A stretch of DNA of 64,000 bases from Bdellovibrionales bacterium (GCA_019637855.1 JAHBUX010000008.1:28243-92242); one strand, 5' to 3'. Positions 28,213-37,442 are shown, numbered from the stretch's first letter. The notes: generated by a model not told the origin, from the sequence alone. Numbers and translations: made by a program.

Positions 28213-28665
28213 CTAGGACGGCTTATTGGCCGCTTTGCTGGCCGCCTTTTTGGCGGCCTTTTGTTCCGGAGTCAGTCCCCACGGAGACTCTTTCGGCCCT
28301 TTGCCTTTGCCGGCGTCTTTTTTCTTACCGCCACCGCGCGGGTCGTTTTTCGTCAGGCTGATCGCCTTGGGGGCCGCTTTGAATTCGGGAACATAAACGA
28401 ACTCTTCGATTTTAGTGGCTTTGGGAGGAGCGTTTTCGCCCTCGCCCAAGCTGCCCACCAGAATGCGCATCAGGTCGGGTTCGGTGATAGTGGAAGCCAC
28501 TTCCAAAGCGTTTACGAAGTGCTTCAGTTTGTCGCCTTCGTATTTGTGAGCTTCACCGATAGCGGGTGCGATCTCTTCAGGTGTTTTGCCTGCAGCAACC
28601 AGATCGGCCTTAGTTTTAAGGCCTTTTTGTAAATGAACACTCCAGAATTCGGTCACGGATTTCAT
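28213..28665 (-). CDS. hypothetical protein with Lys/Ala-rich basic tail
   Basis: The ATG at 28665 has a GAAGGG SD. The C-terminal 45 aa are K/G/A-rich (GGGKKKDAGKGKGPK...KAAKKAASKAANK). No family recognised. Confidence 0.5.
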   Translation of the reverse strand: MKSVTEFWSVHLQKGLKTKADLVAAGKTPEEIAPAIGEAHKYEGDKLKHFVNALEVASTITEPDLMRILVGSLGEGENAPPKATKIEEFVYVPEFKAAPKAISLTKNDPRGGGKKKDAGKGKGPKESPWGLTPEQKAAKKAASKAANKPS

Positions 28666-28749
28666 CGCTTTACCCTTCGTTCGATATAGGTGTGGTACAG
28701 CCATGTACCACAGCGTCAGCCTAGGTCAAGCGATCCGCCCATGAAATCG

Positions 28750-30888
28750 TCAGTTTGAAAGAGTTTGCGCACTGATTTCGATCAGTTCCGCACGATTGAT
28801 GGGCTTGGTTAAATAGGCGCTAAATCCGCGGGCCAAGGCGCGCTCGCGTTCTTCGCGCAAGGCGTGAGCGGTCAAGGCAATCACCGGAGTCTTAATCCCC
28901 AACTCTTTCAACTTATCGAGCGCGGCCAATCCATCCATGATCGGCATTTGAATGTCCATCAGTATGAGGTCAAAGCCGCCTTGACGGGCTTTCTCAACCC
29001 CCTGTTGACCATCTTTGGCTACGCTCACTAGAGCGCCGGTTTGGGACAAAATCATACTGATCAGAATCTGATTGTCCTCAGAGTCTTCGACCAAAAGGAT
29101 TTTGCGTCCCGACAGATCGCCGGAGAACATAGTGGTCTTTTTCGTGGCGCTATTTTCGCTCGCCATTGTGAACGGTACGCTTAGTTCAAATGAGCTGCCC
29201 ACGCGCTCGTGGCTTTGTTGCAGCACTAGCGATCCCCCTAAGCCGCGCGCGATTTCACGCGACAGCGCGAGACCCAAGCCGCTGCCGCCGAAGCGTCGGG
29301 TGATGGAACTGTCCCCTTGCGAGAATGGCACGAACAAGCGCGAACGATTCTTCTCGGCGATGCCAATACCGGTATCGGCCACGATAAAATGAATTCTCTG
29401 ATCGTTGCGATTGTATCCGACGTGAAAACGGATCTTGCCGCGTTCGGTGAACTTGACCGCGTTGGCCAATAGATTGGTCAGTACCTGCTTTATGCGAATT
29501 TGATCGCTGACGATGTGCGAGGGCAGGTCACTCGCGACCTCGGCTTCAAATTCCACGCCCTTGGCGGCGATGATCGGGCGCCACGCCTCGATGGTTTCAT
29601 TGACCATGCTTGTGAGCGAAAATGTCGACGGATCGAAAGTGAGCGAGCGTGCCTCGACCTTAGAAACGTCAAGCACATCACCTAAAATGCGGGTAAGCTC
29701 CTGGCCGTTGCGTAGGACTGTGTTTAGAGATTTTTCTCTCTCGACTTTGTCGTTTTGTTCCAACGCCAGTTCGGTAAAGCCCAGCATCACTCCGAGCGGA
29801 GTTCGAACCTCGTGGCTGATATTGGCGAGGAAGATCGACTTGGCCTGGTTTGCCGCATCGGCTTCGCGCCTGGCACTTTGACTACGGCGCAAAGCCAGCG
29901 CCACGGCTAAGCTCAACAGCAGGCCAAAGATAAAAAGCAAATAGGGTGTGGAGGTCGCCGATGGTAGTAAAAAACCTTCGGGCGCGGACAGCACAAGAGT
30001 CCAGGTATGGCGGGCAAACTCAAATTGCACTTCGCGATTGAGAATCGGACTGGCCTTGCCGCCATCGGCGTTGGAGTACATCAAGCGTTGCGGCTCAGCC
30101 TTGTCGCCGTCGTAGATCTGCACGAGAAAAGGAATGCGAACGCGCATATCGTCGGCGACTGTGCCGAAGAGGTTGTTTACGCGAAAGCCGGCGTAAACGA
30201 AGCCGATTAGTGCGGATCGGCGTTCTTCGACGGTCTTCAACGGCAGCCCCTGACGGTAGCGCGGCACGATCAGCAAGAAGGCATAAGGATTTCTACCGGC
30301 GTCTGGTTGAAAAGGCGTGACTCGATCGGTGGCGACAGGTTCCCCACTATCACGGGCCCGATCCATGGCGGCTCGACGCTCCGGAGTGGCGGCGAGATTG
30401 GCTCCCGAGGCGTTATTGGTGGACGTCGGGTGCAAACGCTCTAGATAAAGAATCGGGTAGACTGTGGCTTTGGAGTCCTCGCCCCAATTGCGCAGTTCGG
30501 GCACGATCTTGAGCGCCTTTAGGCGACGGTCCGCTTGCGGCACAGTCATGCGCTCGGCATAGCCTAGCGTTTGAATTCCAGGATAATTCTGCCGCAGTTC
30601 CATGCCTTGCACAAAACGGCGGAACTCCTCCATCGTTAGATCCGGATGAATGTCGAAGAGGTTGCGCGTGTACACGACGGCGTTGGTGTAGATATTCATG
30701 CGGCTGCGCAGGCTCGTAACAAAATTGGCAACGCCACGCTCAAAGCGGCCTAGGTTTTCAGCGCGCGCGCTGAAAAGCGCGAAATAGGTCGCGCCCACGG
30801 TCAAGGCCAAGCAGAGGCCGAAAGCCACTGCGGGTGTCAGTAGTCGAGGGAAAAATGGGCGCTTTTGGGTCAAATTTACCTTCCGCAC
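28750..30888 (-). CDS. hybrid sensor histidine kinase: CHASE extracytoplasmic domain + HisKA/HATPase + receiver
   Basis: Two TM segments bracket a domain of about 270 aa with a CHASE-like pattern (YPILYLERLHP...NLAATPERRAAMDRARDSGEP). H-box SHEVRTPL, DTGIGI, GSGLGL. C-terminal REC domain (DLILMDIQMPIMDG). Confidence 0.85.
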   Translation of the reverse strand: MRKVNLTQKRPFFPRLLTPAVAFGLCLALTVGATYFALFSARAENLGRFERGVANFVTSLRSRMNIYTNAVVYTRNLFDIHPDLTMEEFRRFVQGMELRQNYPGIQTLGYAERMTVPQADRRLKALKIVPELRNWGEDSKATVYPILYLERLHPTSTNNASGANLAATPERRAAMDRARDSGEPVATDRVTPFQPDAGRNPYAFLLIVPRYRQGLPLKTVEERRSALIGFVYAGFRVNNLFGTVADDMRVRIPFLVQIYDGDKAEPQRLMYSNADGGKASPILNREVQFEFARHTWTLVLSAPEGFLLPSATSTPYLLFIFGLLLSLAVALALRRSQSARREADAANQAKSIFLANISHEVRTPLGVMLGFTELALEQNDKVEREKSLNTVLRNGQELTRILGDVLDVSKVEARSLTFDPSTFSLTSMVNETIEAWRPIIAAKGVEFEAEVASDLPSHIVSDQIRIKQVLTNLLANAVKFTERGKIRFHVGYNRNDQRIHFIVADTGIGIAEKNRSRLFVPFSQGDSSITRRFGGSGLGLALSREIARGLGGSLVLQQSHERVGSSFELSVPFTMASENSATKKTTMFSGDLSGRKILLVEDSEDNQILISMILSQTGALVSVAKDGQQGVEKARQGGFDLILMDIQMPIMDGLAALDKLKELGIKTPVIALTAHALREERERALARGFSAYLTKPINRAELIEISAQTLSN

Positions 30889-30979
30889 TCGGTGATCTCA
30901 TCGGCCGGGCGCGCAAGGCAAGAGAAAGCTTTATTTCGCTACAGTGCCGCCTTCCGCAGCGGCACATGCAGCAAGTTCT

Positions 30980-31300
30980 CTAGCGACAGGTTCTCAACTG
31001 GCAGGATGTCGAAACTGAGCCGCAGCGGCTCATCGCAATCCGTCGCGCTGAATTGCGATTGGTACTGGAGCCGGTAAACGTGCGTCCCTGACGACTGCGC
31101 ACCCAGCAGGTCCACATGCGCGAACCTCCGTGCCATTGGACATTTTCAATCATTCCGGCCCAGGTGTTTTGGTCAAGATCTTCGCCGATCTCTAACTCTT
31201 CGGCATCGGTCAACACGAGTTCGTCCGTAGGCGCGGAGTCGGTGTTGGCATAGACATTCATTGAGCTCGCAAGAACTATACACGCGATTGTTTTGAACAT
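30980..31300 (-). CDS. small secreted 4-Cys protein, paralogue of 27931..28185
   Basis: Strong AGGAGG SD and a signal peptide MFKTIACIVLASSMNVYA. An acidic linker precedes WTC..S..G..F.G......A..IAMSRC-x6-C-x4-C. Confidence 0.6.
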   Translation of the reverse strand: MFKTIACIVLASSMNVYANTDSAPTDELVLTDAEELEIGEDLDQNTWAGMIENVQWHGGSRMWTCWVRSRQGRTFTGSSTNRNSARRIAMSRCGSVSTSCQLRTCR

Positions 31301-31421
31301 ACATACCTCCTAGGTATGACTTGGTTCGTACTCCTATTTTGCAGTCGAGCAAGCGGATCTTTTTCAAGCTCTGGCGCATACATCTTGCATTCAAAGTCGA
31401 CAAAAGGAATGGAGGTGGCTA

Positions 31422-32192
31422 TTGAAGCCCCAACTGATTTTATTTGTCTTAGTCGCGGCCATTTTCGGTACGAACGTCGGAGCAAAAGAAGACGAAGAGA
31501 TCCAACCTGATGGCGAAATGCATCGCATGCCACTGATGATTGGCGACACAAAAATCGTAAGTGGCAATTTGGCTCATCGAACAGGTTTGGTTCTCGATGA
31601 AGAGGGCACGGTTTATATATTGTCCGTCAGCGGAGCAAGTCACGCCACTCTCTTCCGCATAAGCAAGAAGAACACGGCTAAGCAATTGATCCTCTATCGC
31701 GGTTGGCCCTATCTGCTGGATAATCACGGTCGCCTTATGGCCTTTGATGCCTCCTGGTACACGTCTTTGCGTAACAAGTTTCCTTATCTCAGCATGCGCT
31801 TTGTGAAGACCGCTCCTCTTGCTGTGGGCGTCGGGTTAAGCGGTTACTTCATCAACTTGATCGACGGCACATTTTTAGGACTTCTGCCTTCGCGCGACGT
31901 CCAAGCCTTCACTACGATTCTGGGTGGGGTGCTGGTCTTTTATGGATTGGACATCGGCAACACGATCTTAAATCGTTCACACCGCGCGATCGATATGGGC
32001 TCTAATTTCTTCACTCTCACGGTAGCTAAAGGCGTCAGTGACATCGTTCCTCATCCTGATTTCGATGACTACCTTGTAGAGACCAAGGCTTGGCGGAAGG
32101 TCGTAAAGCGAGAGCCTTTGAGTCTCTTGATCCCGCACTCTTTGGTGGGCCGATCATGCGCCGAGTACTTGACTCGGCTCAGTCTACTTTAG
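31422..32192 (+). CDS. hypothetical signal-peptide protein with two central hydrophobic segments
   Basis: TTG start with a GGAGGTG SD 4-5 nt upstream. Signal peptide MKPQLILFVLVAAIFGTNVGA. No family recognised. Confidence 0.5.
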   Translation: MKPQLILFVLVAAIFGTNVGAKEDEEIQPDGEMHRMPLMIGDTKIVSGNLAHRTGLVLDEEGTVYILSVSGASHATLFRISKKNTAKQLILYRGWPYLLDNHGRLMAFDASWYTSLRNKFPYLSMRFVKTAPLAVGVGLSGYFINLIDGTFLGLLPSRDVQAFTTILGGVLVFYGLDIGNTILNRSHRAIDMGSNFFTLTVAKGVSDIVPHPDFDDYLVETKAWRKVVKREPLSLLIPHSLVGRSCAEYLTRLSLL

Positions 32193-33122
32193 CTACGGTT
32201 CATCCACCTCCATTTCGCTGGGTTGTACATTGGGCGGCACCGGTGGTTCACCGGTCCGCAGGATCTCGACGCTAGTGACACGGTAGTTGGTTGAGTAGGC
32301 ATATAGAATCGAGGACAGCCAGGCGTGTACCTCGAAGAGGCGTACGTAGCTTAAGCGCACCACTTCACCGGTCAACATGGCTAAAACTAAGTGATCAAAC
32401 ATGCCTTGGGTATTTACGCTTAAGCGCAGGTAGTTGTTGCCGAGACTGCCCAGTTGAAAAGTGATTTCATAAGATTTGCGAATGAAGTGGGAGAGGGATG
32501 CCTTCACCACGCGTCCCTCGACAAAGCCTGCGGCTGGGTTAATGGCTTGCGCGACCGGCAGTTCGCCGCGCTCGACATGGTAAAACGTGGGCGCCGGGGA
32601 GGCCGGATTGGTGGGAAAAACATCTTGCACGTAATTCAGCGTGTCGGTCGTAAACGCGCGTAGTGACCGCGTACGGGTGGCGCCAAAGATCGAGTTGGTC
32701 GAGCGTGTGTAGTACACCACGACTGGAACCAAACCGATATCGCGGAAACGATCGAACAGGACGGGGCTCACCATACTAAAACGCCAAGGGTTGGCTTCGA
32801 TGGAACAGAGCTCGTTCATTTGATCTTGCATCGAGAGACGGCTGTCTACTCGAGTTGAGCGTTGAATTCGTTGCGTAAACTGGACTTCACACTCGCGATC
32901 GCGAATCATTTCGGGACTGGAGCCAAAGCCCATCATGAACTTGCCTTCGAAGTTCCATAGGAGTCGTGCTTCCACGCGTAGCATGTAGCCCAAGCGAAAT
33001 CCTTCTTCAGTGAACGTGGGGTTGGGCGACCAACGGATACGTGGAACGCCAGGTGGCAGTTCGGTCTGAGCGTGCAAGGTGAGGGAGGTCGTAGCGAACA
33101 GGACGAAGAGAAGAGCTTTCAT
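32193..33122 (-). CDS. hypothetical secreted protein (third gene of the coupled operon)
   Basis: Signal peptide MKALLFVLFATTSLTLHA. Its ATG overlaps the upstream stop in ATGA (33119-33122). No family recognised. Confidence 0.6.
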   Translation of the reverse strand: MKALLFVLFATTSLTLHAQTELPPGVPRIRWSPNPTFTEEGFRLGYMLRVEARLLWNFEGKFMMGFGSSPEMIRDRECEVQFTQRIQRSTRVDSRLSMQDQMNELCSIEANPWRFSMVSPVLFDRFRDIGLVPVVVYYTRSTNSIFGATRTRSLRAFTTDTLNYVQDVFPTNPASPAPTFYHVERGELPVAQAINPAAGFVEGRVVKASLSHFIRKSYEITFQLGSLGNNYLRLSVNTQGMFDHLVLAMLTGEVVRLSYVRLFEVHAWLSSILYAYSTNYRVTSVEILRTGEPPVPPNVQPSEMEVDEP

Positions 33123-35134
33123 GGGTACCATCCTTTTGTCTGTCCAAAGCTATCGAGTGAGGCAAAGCCGAAGTCGGTGCGGATTTTTATGATGTGAGGA
33201 TCTTCTTTGGATTCGTACCAGCGCGAAGGTGACTCTCCCGGCGCGACGATGAGAATCCCCCGCGCGCGAATTTTGATGTCGGGATGTCGCCGGATAAATT
33301 CCGATAGACGTTGCAGGCCTTGTCGACATTTCTTGCTGTTCAGTGTCGCGAAGGGACTGCATTGGATGGGCACTTCGATCCGCGCCAGCAACGTCTCTTG
33401 CAGTTCGGCCACTTGTCGGCGCTCGCTCTGAATGTCTGCAAGTGTTCCGGTATCGTTGGCCTCTGCGGCACTCCAATCGAGGAATGCTTTGATCTCTTTC
33501 CAGTCGGCACGTGCGGGAATAGATTCGCGCAGTTTCATGCCTGACTCGCTTAATTCTTCGAAGTCGGCGCCCACGCGTAGAACCTCGGTGGCTCGGTCAA
33601 ACGTCGCAGGAGATTGGCGCATGAGGATCTCGAGCTGACGCAGAGAGTGCCAACGCTGTCCGATGCTCAGCGACGGATCGAATTCCATGATCAGACCGGT
33701 GTTGAGATGGATGTTTTCTTTGTAGGCTTCAAAGTGTTCAACACCCGTCGCCAGGCGGTGGAAACTCGGATTCAATAGTATAGGCATGACGAATTCGTAC
33801 ATGCGGACGGGAGTGAATATGTAGGGCAGTTGAACCATGGCATTCCATTCGCCATAGTGGATCTGCGGAAGATCTCCTTGCACCAGATGTATCTGCAAGA
33901 GTGAACTTTCGCGCCCCTCAAGGCGCGTGATACTGCCGTTGTAAAGTGCGCGCGCGAAGGAACGTAGTCCATCTATGCATTGCAGATCCGAGAGTCCTGT
34001 CCAAAACGAATCGTCACAGCCGACATGGTAGCCATAGTCGGTGCGAATCAGTTCCGACAGGCGAGCGGGGATCTGGGCGAGATGCGCATTGGAGAATTCA
34101 AATGCCTCTTTAGCCAAGGCGATAGTGTCGTTGCCGGGAATCGCCAGCAGTTCCTCGCGGTGTTTGTCTAGCCATGGGCGAAACAGCTGCACCATCTGCG
34201 CTTGTACTTGGATCAAGAAGACGATCTGCACTTGAGGCTCGCGTGAATGCTGCGAAAGCAACTCGATGTCACGCATTTGCTCGGTCCAGCTGGACGTGAT
34301 GTTTGTTTGTCGTTCGGGCGGCGAAGGGTTTAACTTGGCCTCCGCAAACTGATAGGTGACCGATTCGGCCGCAAAGGCCACCGAGCGGGCACCGAAGGCG
34401 GCCCAAGGCCCGATGGCCAAAGCGCTGCTTCCGAGGATTTTCGCCGCCAGTGGCGGCGCTACCTGCCATAAGAAAATGGACGCCAGGGTTGCGGCACCGA
34501 TGAGAGTGAGCGAAACGCGTTGGCGACTTTCCAGCTCCGTTTGTGCCGTTTTTAAAAGGTCCGTGACCATGTGATCGAAGCCGGCGAGACCGGGGTTGCC
34601 AATGCCTTTTAAGTGAAAGTGACTCAGCTCGCGAGCTAGATCGGCGAAGCTTTGGGCGGTCTCCTGGCGGTTTGTGAACGGACACTTTGTTAGATCTCTG
34701 TGATCTAGAGAGGAGTAACCGCCTTCGCCTCCGCTCACAAAGAGCGAATGAACGGCAAAAATAGCAGAGGTGATCAAATGAAAGCGCGCGCGGGCGCCGA
34801 CATCCGCAGTCTGCAAATTCGCGAGACTGTCCTTTAGCTCGACTAGCAGATCCGCCACCGTAGTGGAAAAGCGCTGACAACGCTGCGAGGGGTTGTTGGT
34901 CATTGCCGTGGACCAGGCCTCCGCGAAGGCTTCGGTTCGGTTTAGCAACTGCTGCCGGCTCTGCAGGTAAGTTTTGTCATGTAGCGTGGCGGGGACTCCG
35001 TTGCGCAGCAAAGCGAGGGTTTGCAAAGTCTCGGATTCCGACCGAGCCTGCGGAGGGAATCCTAGGAAAAAAGAGAGAGCGACTGCCCACACTCGACGTG
35101 CGGCAGCCGCTTTCTTGCAAGGCAATGGTCTCAT
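33119..35134 (-). CDS. hypothetical 671-aa envelope protein (second gene of the coupled operon)
   Basis: The internal ATG at 35134 overlaps the upstream stop in ATGA (35131-35134). The N-terminus is signal-like (RRVWAVALSFFLGFPPQA). Central hydrophobic segments (LTLIGAATLASIFLW, ILGSSALAIGPWAAFGA). No family recognised. Confidence 0.6.
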   Translation of the reverse strand: MRPLPCKKAAAARRVWAVALSFFLGFPPQARSESETLQTLALLRNGVPATLHDKTYLQSRQQLLNRTEAFAEAWSTAMTNNPSQRCQRFSTTVADLLVELKDSLANLQTADVGARARFHLITSAIFAVHSLFVSGGEGGYSSLDHRDLTKCPFTNRQETAQSFADLARELSHFHLKGIGNPGLAGFDHMVTDLLKTAQTELESRQRVSLTLIGAATLASIFLWQVAPPLAAKILGSSALAIGPWAAFGARSVAFAAESVTYQFAEAKLNPSPPERQTNITSSWTEQMRDIELLSQHSREPQVQIVFLIQVQAQMVQLFRPWLDKHREELLAIPGNDTIALAKEAFEFSNAHLAQIPARLSELIRTDYGYHVGCDDSFWTGLSDLQCIDGLRSFARALYNGSITRLEGRESSLLQIHLVQGDLPQIHYGEWNAMVQLPYIFTPVRMYEFVMPILLNPSFHRLATGVEHFEAYKENIHLNTGLIMEFDPSLSIGQRWHSLRQLEILMRQSPATFDRATEVLRVGADFEELSESGMKLRESIPARADWKEIKAFLDWSAAEANDTGTLADIQSERRQVAELQETLLARIEVPIQCSPFATLNSKKCRQGLQRLSEFIRRHPDIKIRARGILIVAPGESPSRWYESKEDPHIIKIRTDFGFASLDSFGQTKGWYP

Positions 35135-37092
35135 CGCGAGTCTTGATTGGTCAGCTCGACGGTAAGACGGTTCACCTGATCTTTGGGAATCAGGCTTTCG
35201 AGGTAAAGAGCCTCGTGGCCTTCGCCATAACGGCGTCCTTCGTTGTAACCCTCCATCATAAATGCATAGAGAGGAACAGCCGAGCCCACGGTGACCGCTG
35301 TAGCCCACGGAAGATCGAAGTTTTTAAGCTTCGGTTTCAGAGAGCTCACGGCTTGATTGGCCACATTGCGGGTTTTTTGAGCCGCCTCGGCGACGCCGGC
35401 ACGAGCTCGTTGCCCAAAGGTGGGTTGGGCTGCCGCGATCGACACGACTTCGTCAGCTGAAGCTTCCGTCGTCTGAACTGCCGGTGTGGCACCAACAGGC
35501 GTGGTTAGCGGAATATCGCCATCGTATTTCGCTTCGGCTACTGACTTTTTGCTGCGCGAGCGTGTGGTTTTGGCTTTGGCAATAGGCACACCACTTTGTT
35601 CCGCTTCTTCGACGGTCAAGCGTGTGGGGGTGATCGCGCCCGTGCTGTCGGCGACCATCAAGAAGTCTTTTCCGCCTTCGTCAGGATGTTGAAAGCGGAT
35701 CTGTCGAACGATGTCGTCGGCTTCGGCGGCGGGTAGTTCACGCGACGCTACGATCACAGGGCGCGGACTTAGGGTATCCCAGCGTGACATTGAAAACACG
35801 ATGCGACGATTTCCATTGAGCGCCATATCTTCCCATTGATCTACTACGGCGTATTTCAGGCCCGGCATATTGGTAGGCTCGAATTGCTGAAAGCCGGCCG
35901 AGGCATGCTGGGCACGATCCAATCCTAAGCCACGTGCGATGTTCGCATCTACACCGAGCGCGGTAATGTCTCGACGTACGATCTCTTGCGAGCCGAGAGG
36001 AAGATTGGAGATTGATCTACGCAGGCCGTAGCGAGCGGTGGGACCGGCCTCGCTGCTGGCTTTGTACGGGAACAGTGAGCTCACCTTGTTACGTGCGGTC
36101 TTGTAAGACGAACTCACTTTTTCCGCGGCGGTAGTAAGTGTGCGTCGTGGGCTGAACTCGTGCACAAAGTGGCGTGCGCCCTCAAAACCGTGAAAGCCGG
36201 CAAAGGCGCCTAGAGCCAAAGAGGTGCCTGCGACCCAAAGTCCGTCGCGCAGCAGTTCTCCGCTGCCGTCCACGCGAATGCGGTCATCAAGCTGCGCTTG
36301 AAGGTAAGCGGTGCGTGCGGCCACATCCTTATCATAGAGGTTGTTCTCCGATAGTCGGCGCAAGCCCAGCTGCAGCTTCATCACTTTAGCGCGGGCTTGA
36401 TCGGGTTCGTTGAAGATCTCATCGATCAGCAAAGCCGAGTAGGCGTCGGCCCGCTCGGGATCACGCTCTGAAATCACGGCGGTTAGCAGCTCGGACATCT
36501 CATCGTTGGGGTTGATGACCTCTTTCACCACGTCTGCACGAGCAGGCTGTGATTGCGCCATGGCGATCTTCAGTTGCTCCACTTCGCGATCGCGTTGCTG
36601 CAGAGCTTGTTGATGAATGACATCTATCGAATCTTTGCCCAGCTCATTGGCCGGAGTGGGATTGATTAGAGTTTGCGTTGATTCCGTAAGCTCCCGGGTG
36701 GTGTCTTGAATGCCCTTACCCACCGAAGTCAGCTGATCTTCGACGTAAGTAGCTGCTTTGCCTACTTGATCCTTTACTGTGTTGTAGCCTCTTTCATAAA
36801 AAGGAGCGTTGTCGTCCGAGGGACGGGAAGTCGATGTGGGTGGAGGAAGGGAGGCATAGGGAGGAGGTGAGTTCTGGGAAGCACTACGCTCTTGATTTTG
36901 CTGAGGAGTGGACCCGTCGGAAGTTCTGGTTGGCGGTGGGGTTTGTGTTTGCGGTCTGGCCGGTTCAGTTTTTGTTACCTCTGGAGTCGGCTGTCGATTT
37001 TGTTCCGGTGGCGTGTTGCTTTTTCTTTCGCAGGCCGAAATCAGGACTGCCGACGCCACTAGTGCGAGCGTCATCGATCGAAAACGGGTCAT
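35131..37092 (-). CDS. hypothetical lipoprotein with Pro/Thr/Gln-rich linker (first gene of the coupled operon)
   Basis: Strong GGAGGTG SD and a lipobox (AVLISAC). About 90 aa of low-complexity P/T/Q/S sequence, then two hydrophobic segments (WVAGTSLALGAFAGF, ATAVTVGSAVPLYAFMM). No family recognised. Confidence 0.65.
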   Translation of the reverse strand: MTRFRSMTLALVASAVLISACERKSNTPPEQNRQPTPEVTKTEPARPQTQTPPPTRTSDGSTPQQNQERSASQNSPPPYASLPPPTSTSRPSDDNAPFYERGYNTVKDQVGKAATYVEDQLTSVGKGIQDTTRELTESTQTLINPTPANELGKDSIDVIHQQALQQRDREVEQLKIAMAQSQPARADVVKEVINPNDEMSELLTAVISERDPERADAYSALLIDEIFNEPDQARAKVMKLQLGLRRLSENNLYDKDVAARTAYLQAQLDDRIRVDGSGELLRDGLWVAGTSLALGAFAGFHGFEGARHFVHEFSPRRTLTTAAEKVSSSYKTARNKVSSLFPYKASSEAGPTARYGLRRSISNLPLGSQEIVRRDITALGVDANIARGLGLDRAQHASAGFQQFEPTNMPGLKYAVVDQWEDMALNGNRRIVFSMSRWDTLSPRPVIVASRELPAAEADDIVRQIRFQHPDEGGKDFLMVADSTGAITPTRLTVEEAEQSGVPIAKAKTTRSRSKKSVAEAKYDGDIPLTTPVGATPAVQTTEASADEVVSIAAAQPTFGQRARAGVAEAAQKTRNVANQAVSSLKPKLKNFDLPWATAVTVGSAVPLYAFMMEGYNEGRRYGEGHEALYLESLIPKDQVNRLTVELTNQDSR

Positions 37093-37193
37093 TGTTCACC
37101 TCCAAAAAGTGAGAGAGCGCTGCGGAGCGATGACTACATCATTGCAGTTTAGTTAACGACATCGCTAACCGCATGTTTTCGCGTTGTCGATTA

Positions 37194-37209
37194 AGCAAGA
37201 TCGCGGCCA
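37194..37209 (-). promoter_or_regulatory. sigma-54 (-24/-12) promoter candidate for the three-gene operon
   Basis: The minus strand reads TGGCCG-CGATC-TTGCT, matching TGGCAC-N5-TTGCW with exact GG-N10-GC spacing. It lies about 100 nt upstream of the ATG at 37092. Confidence 0.5.
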
Positions 37210-37373
37210 GTGCGGGACTCAAGTACATTTGATTGCTTTAGTCGTGAGGGTTCTTTTTTGGTTTGGAGAAGGCATTTAGCCCCGGCGTTTAAGTCATCCG
37301 CTGTTGTTTACATGCGGATTTTACCCGCGCGGTGAGAGAGTGGGGGTCCTGAGATTACTTTTGTGGAGCCGCC

Positions 37374-37408
37374 TTAAAACAAAAGCGCGAGGTATAAACC
37401 TCGCGCTT
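37374..37408 (-). terminator. rho-independent terminator after lipoprotein paralogue 1
   Basis: Perfect 11-bp stem AAGCGCGAGGT / ACCTCGCGCTT with a 4-nt loop. On the minus strand it is followed by TTGTTTTAA. It starts 34 nt after the stop at 37443. Confidence 0.8.
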
Positions 37409-37442
37409 CGAAGAACTTCATGATGGAGAAACTTCAGGGCTG

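Noticed and set aside
31372-31389. TGGCGC...TTGCA, a sigma-54-like motif upstream of gene 31422
   Set aside because: The spacer between the hexamer and TTGCA is 7 nt rather than 5 (GG-N12-GC). The -24/-12 spacing is normally invariant.
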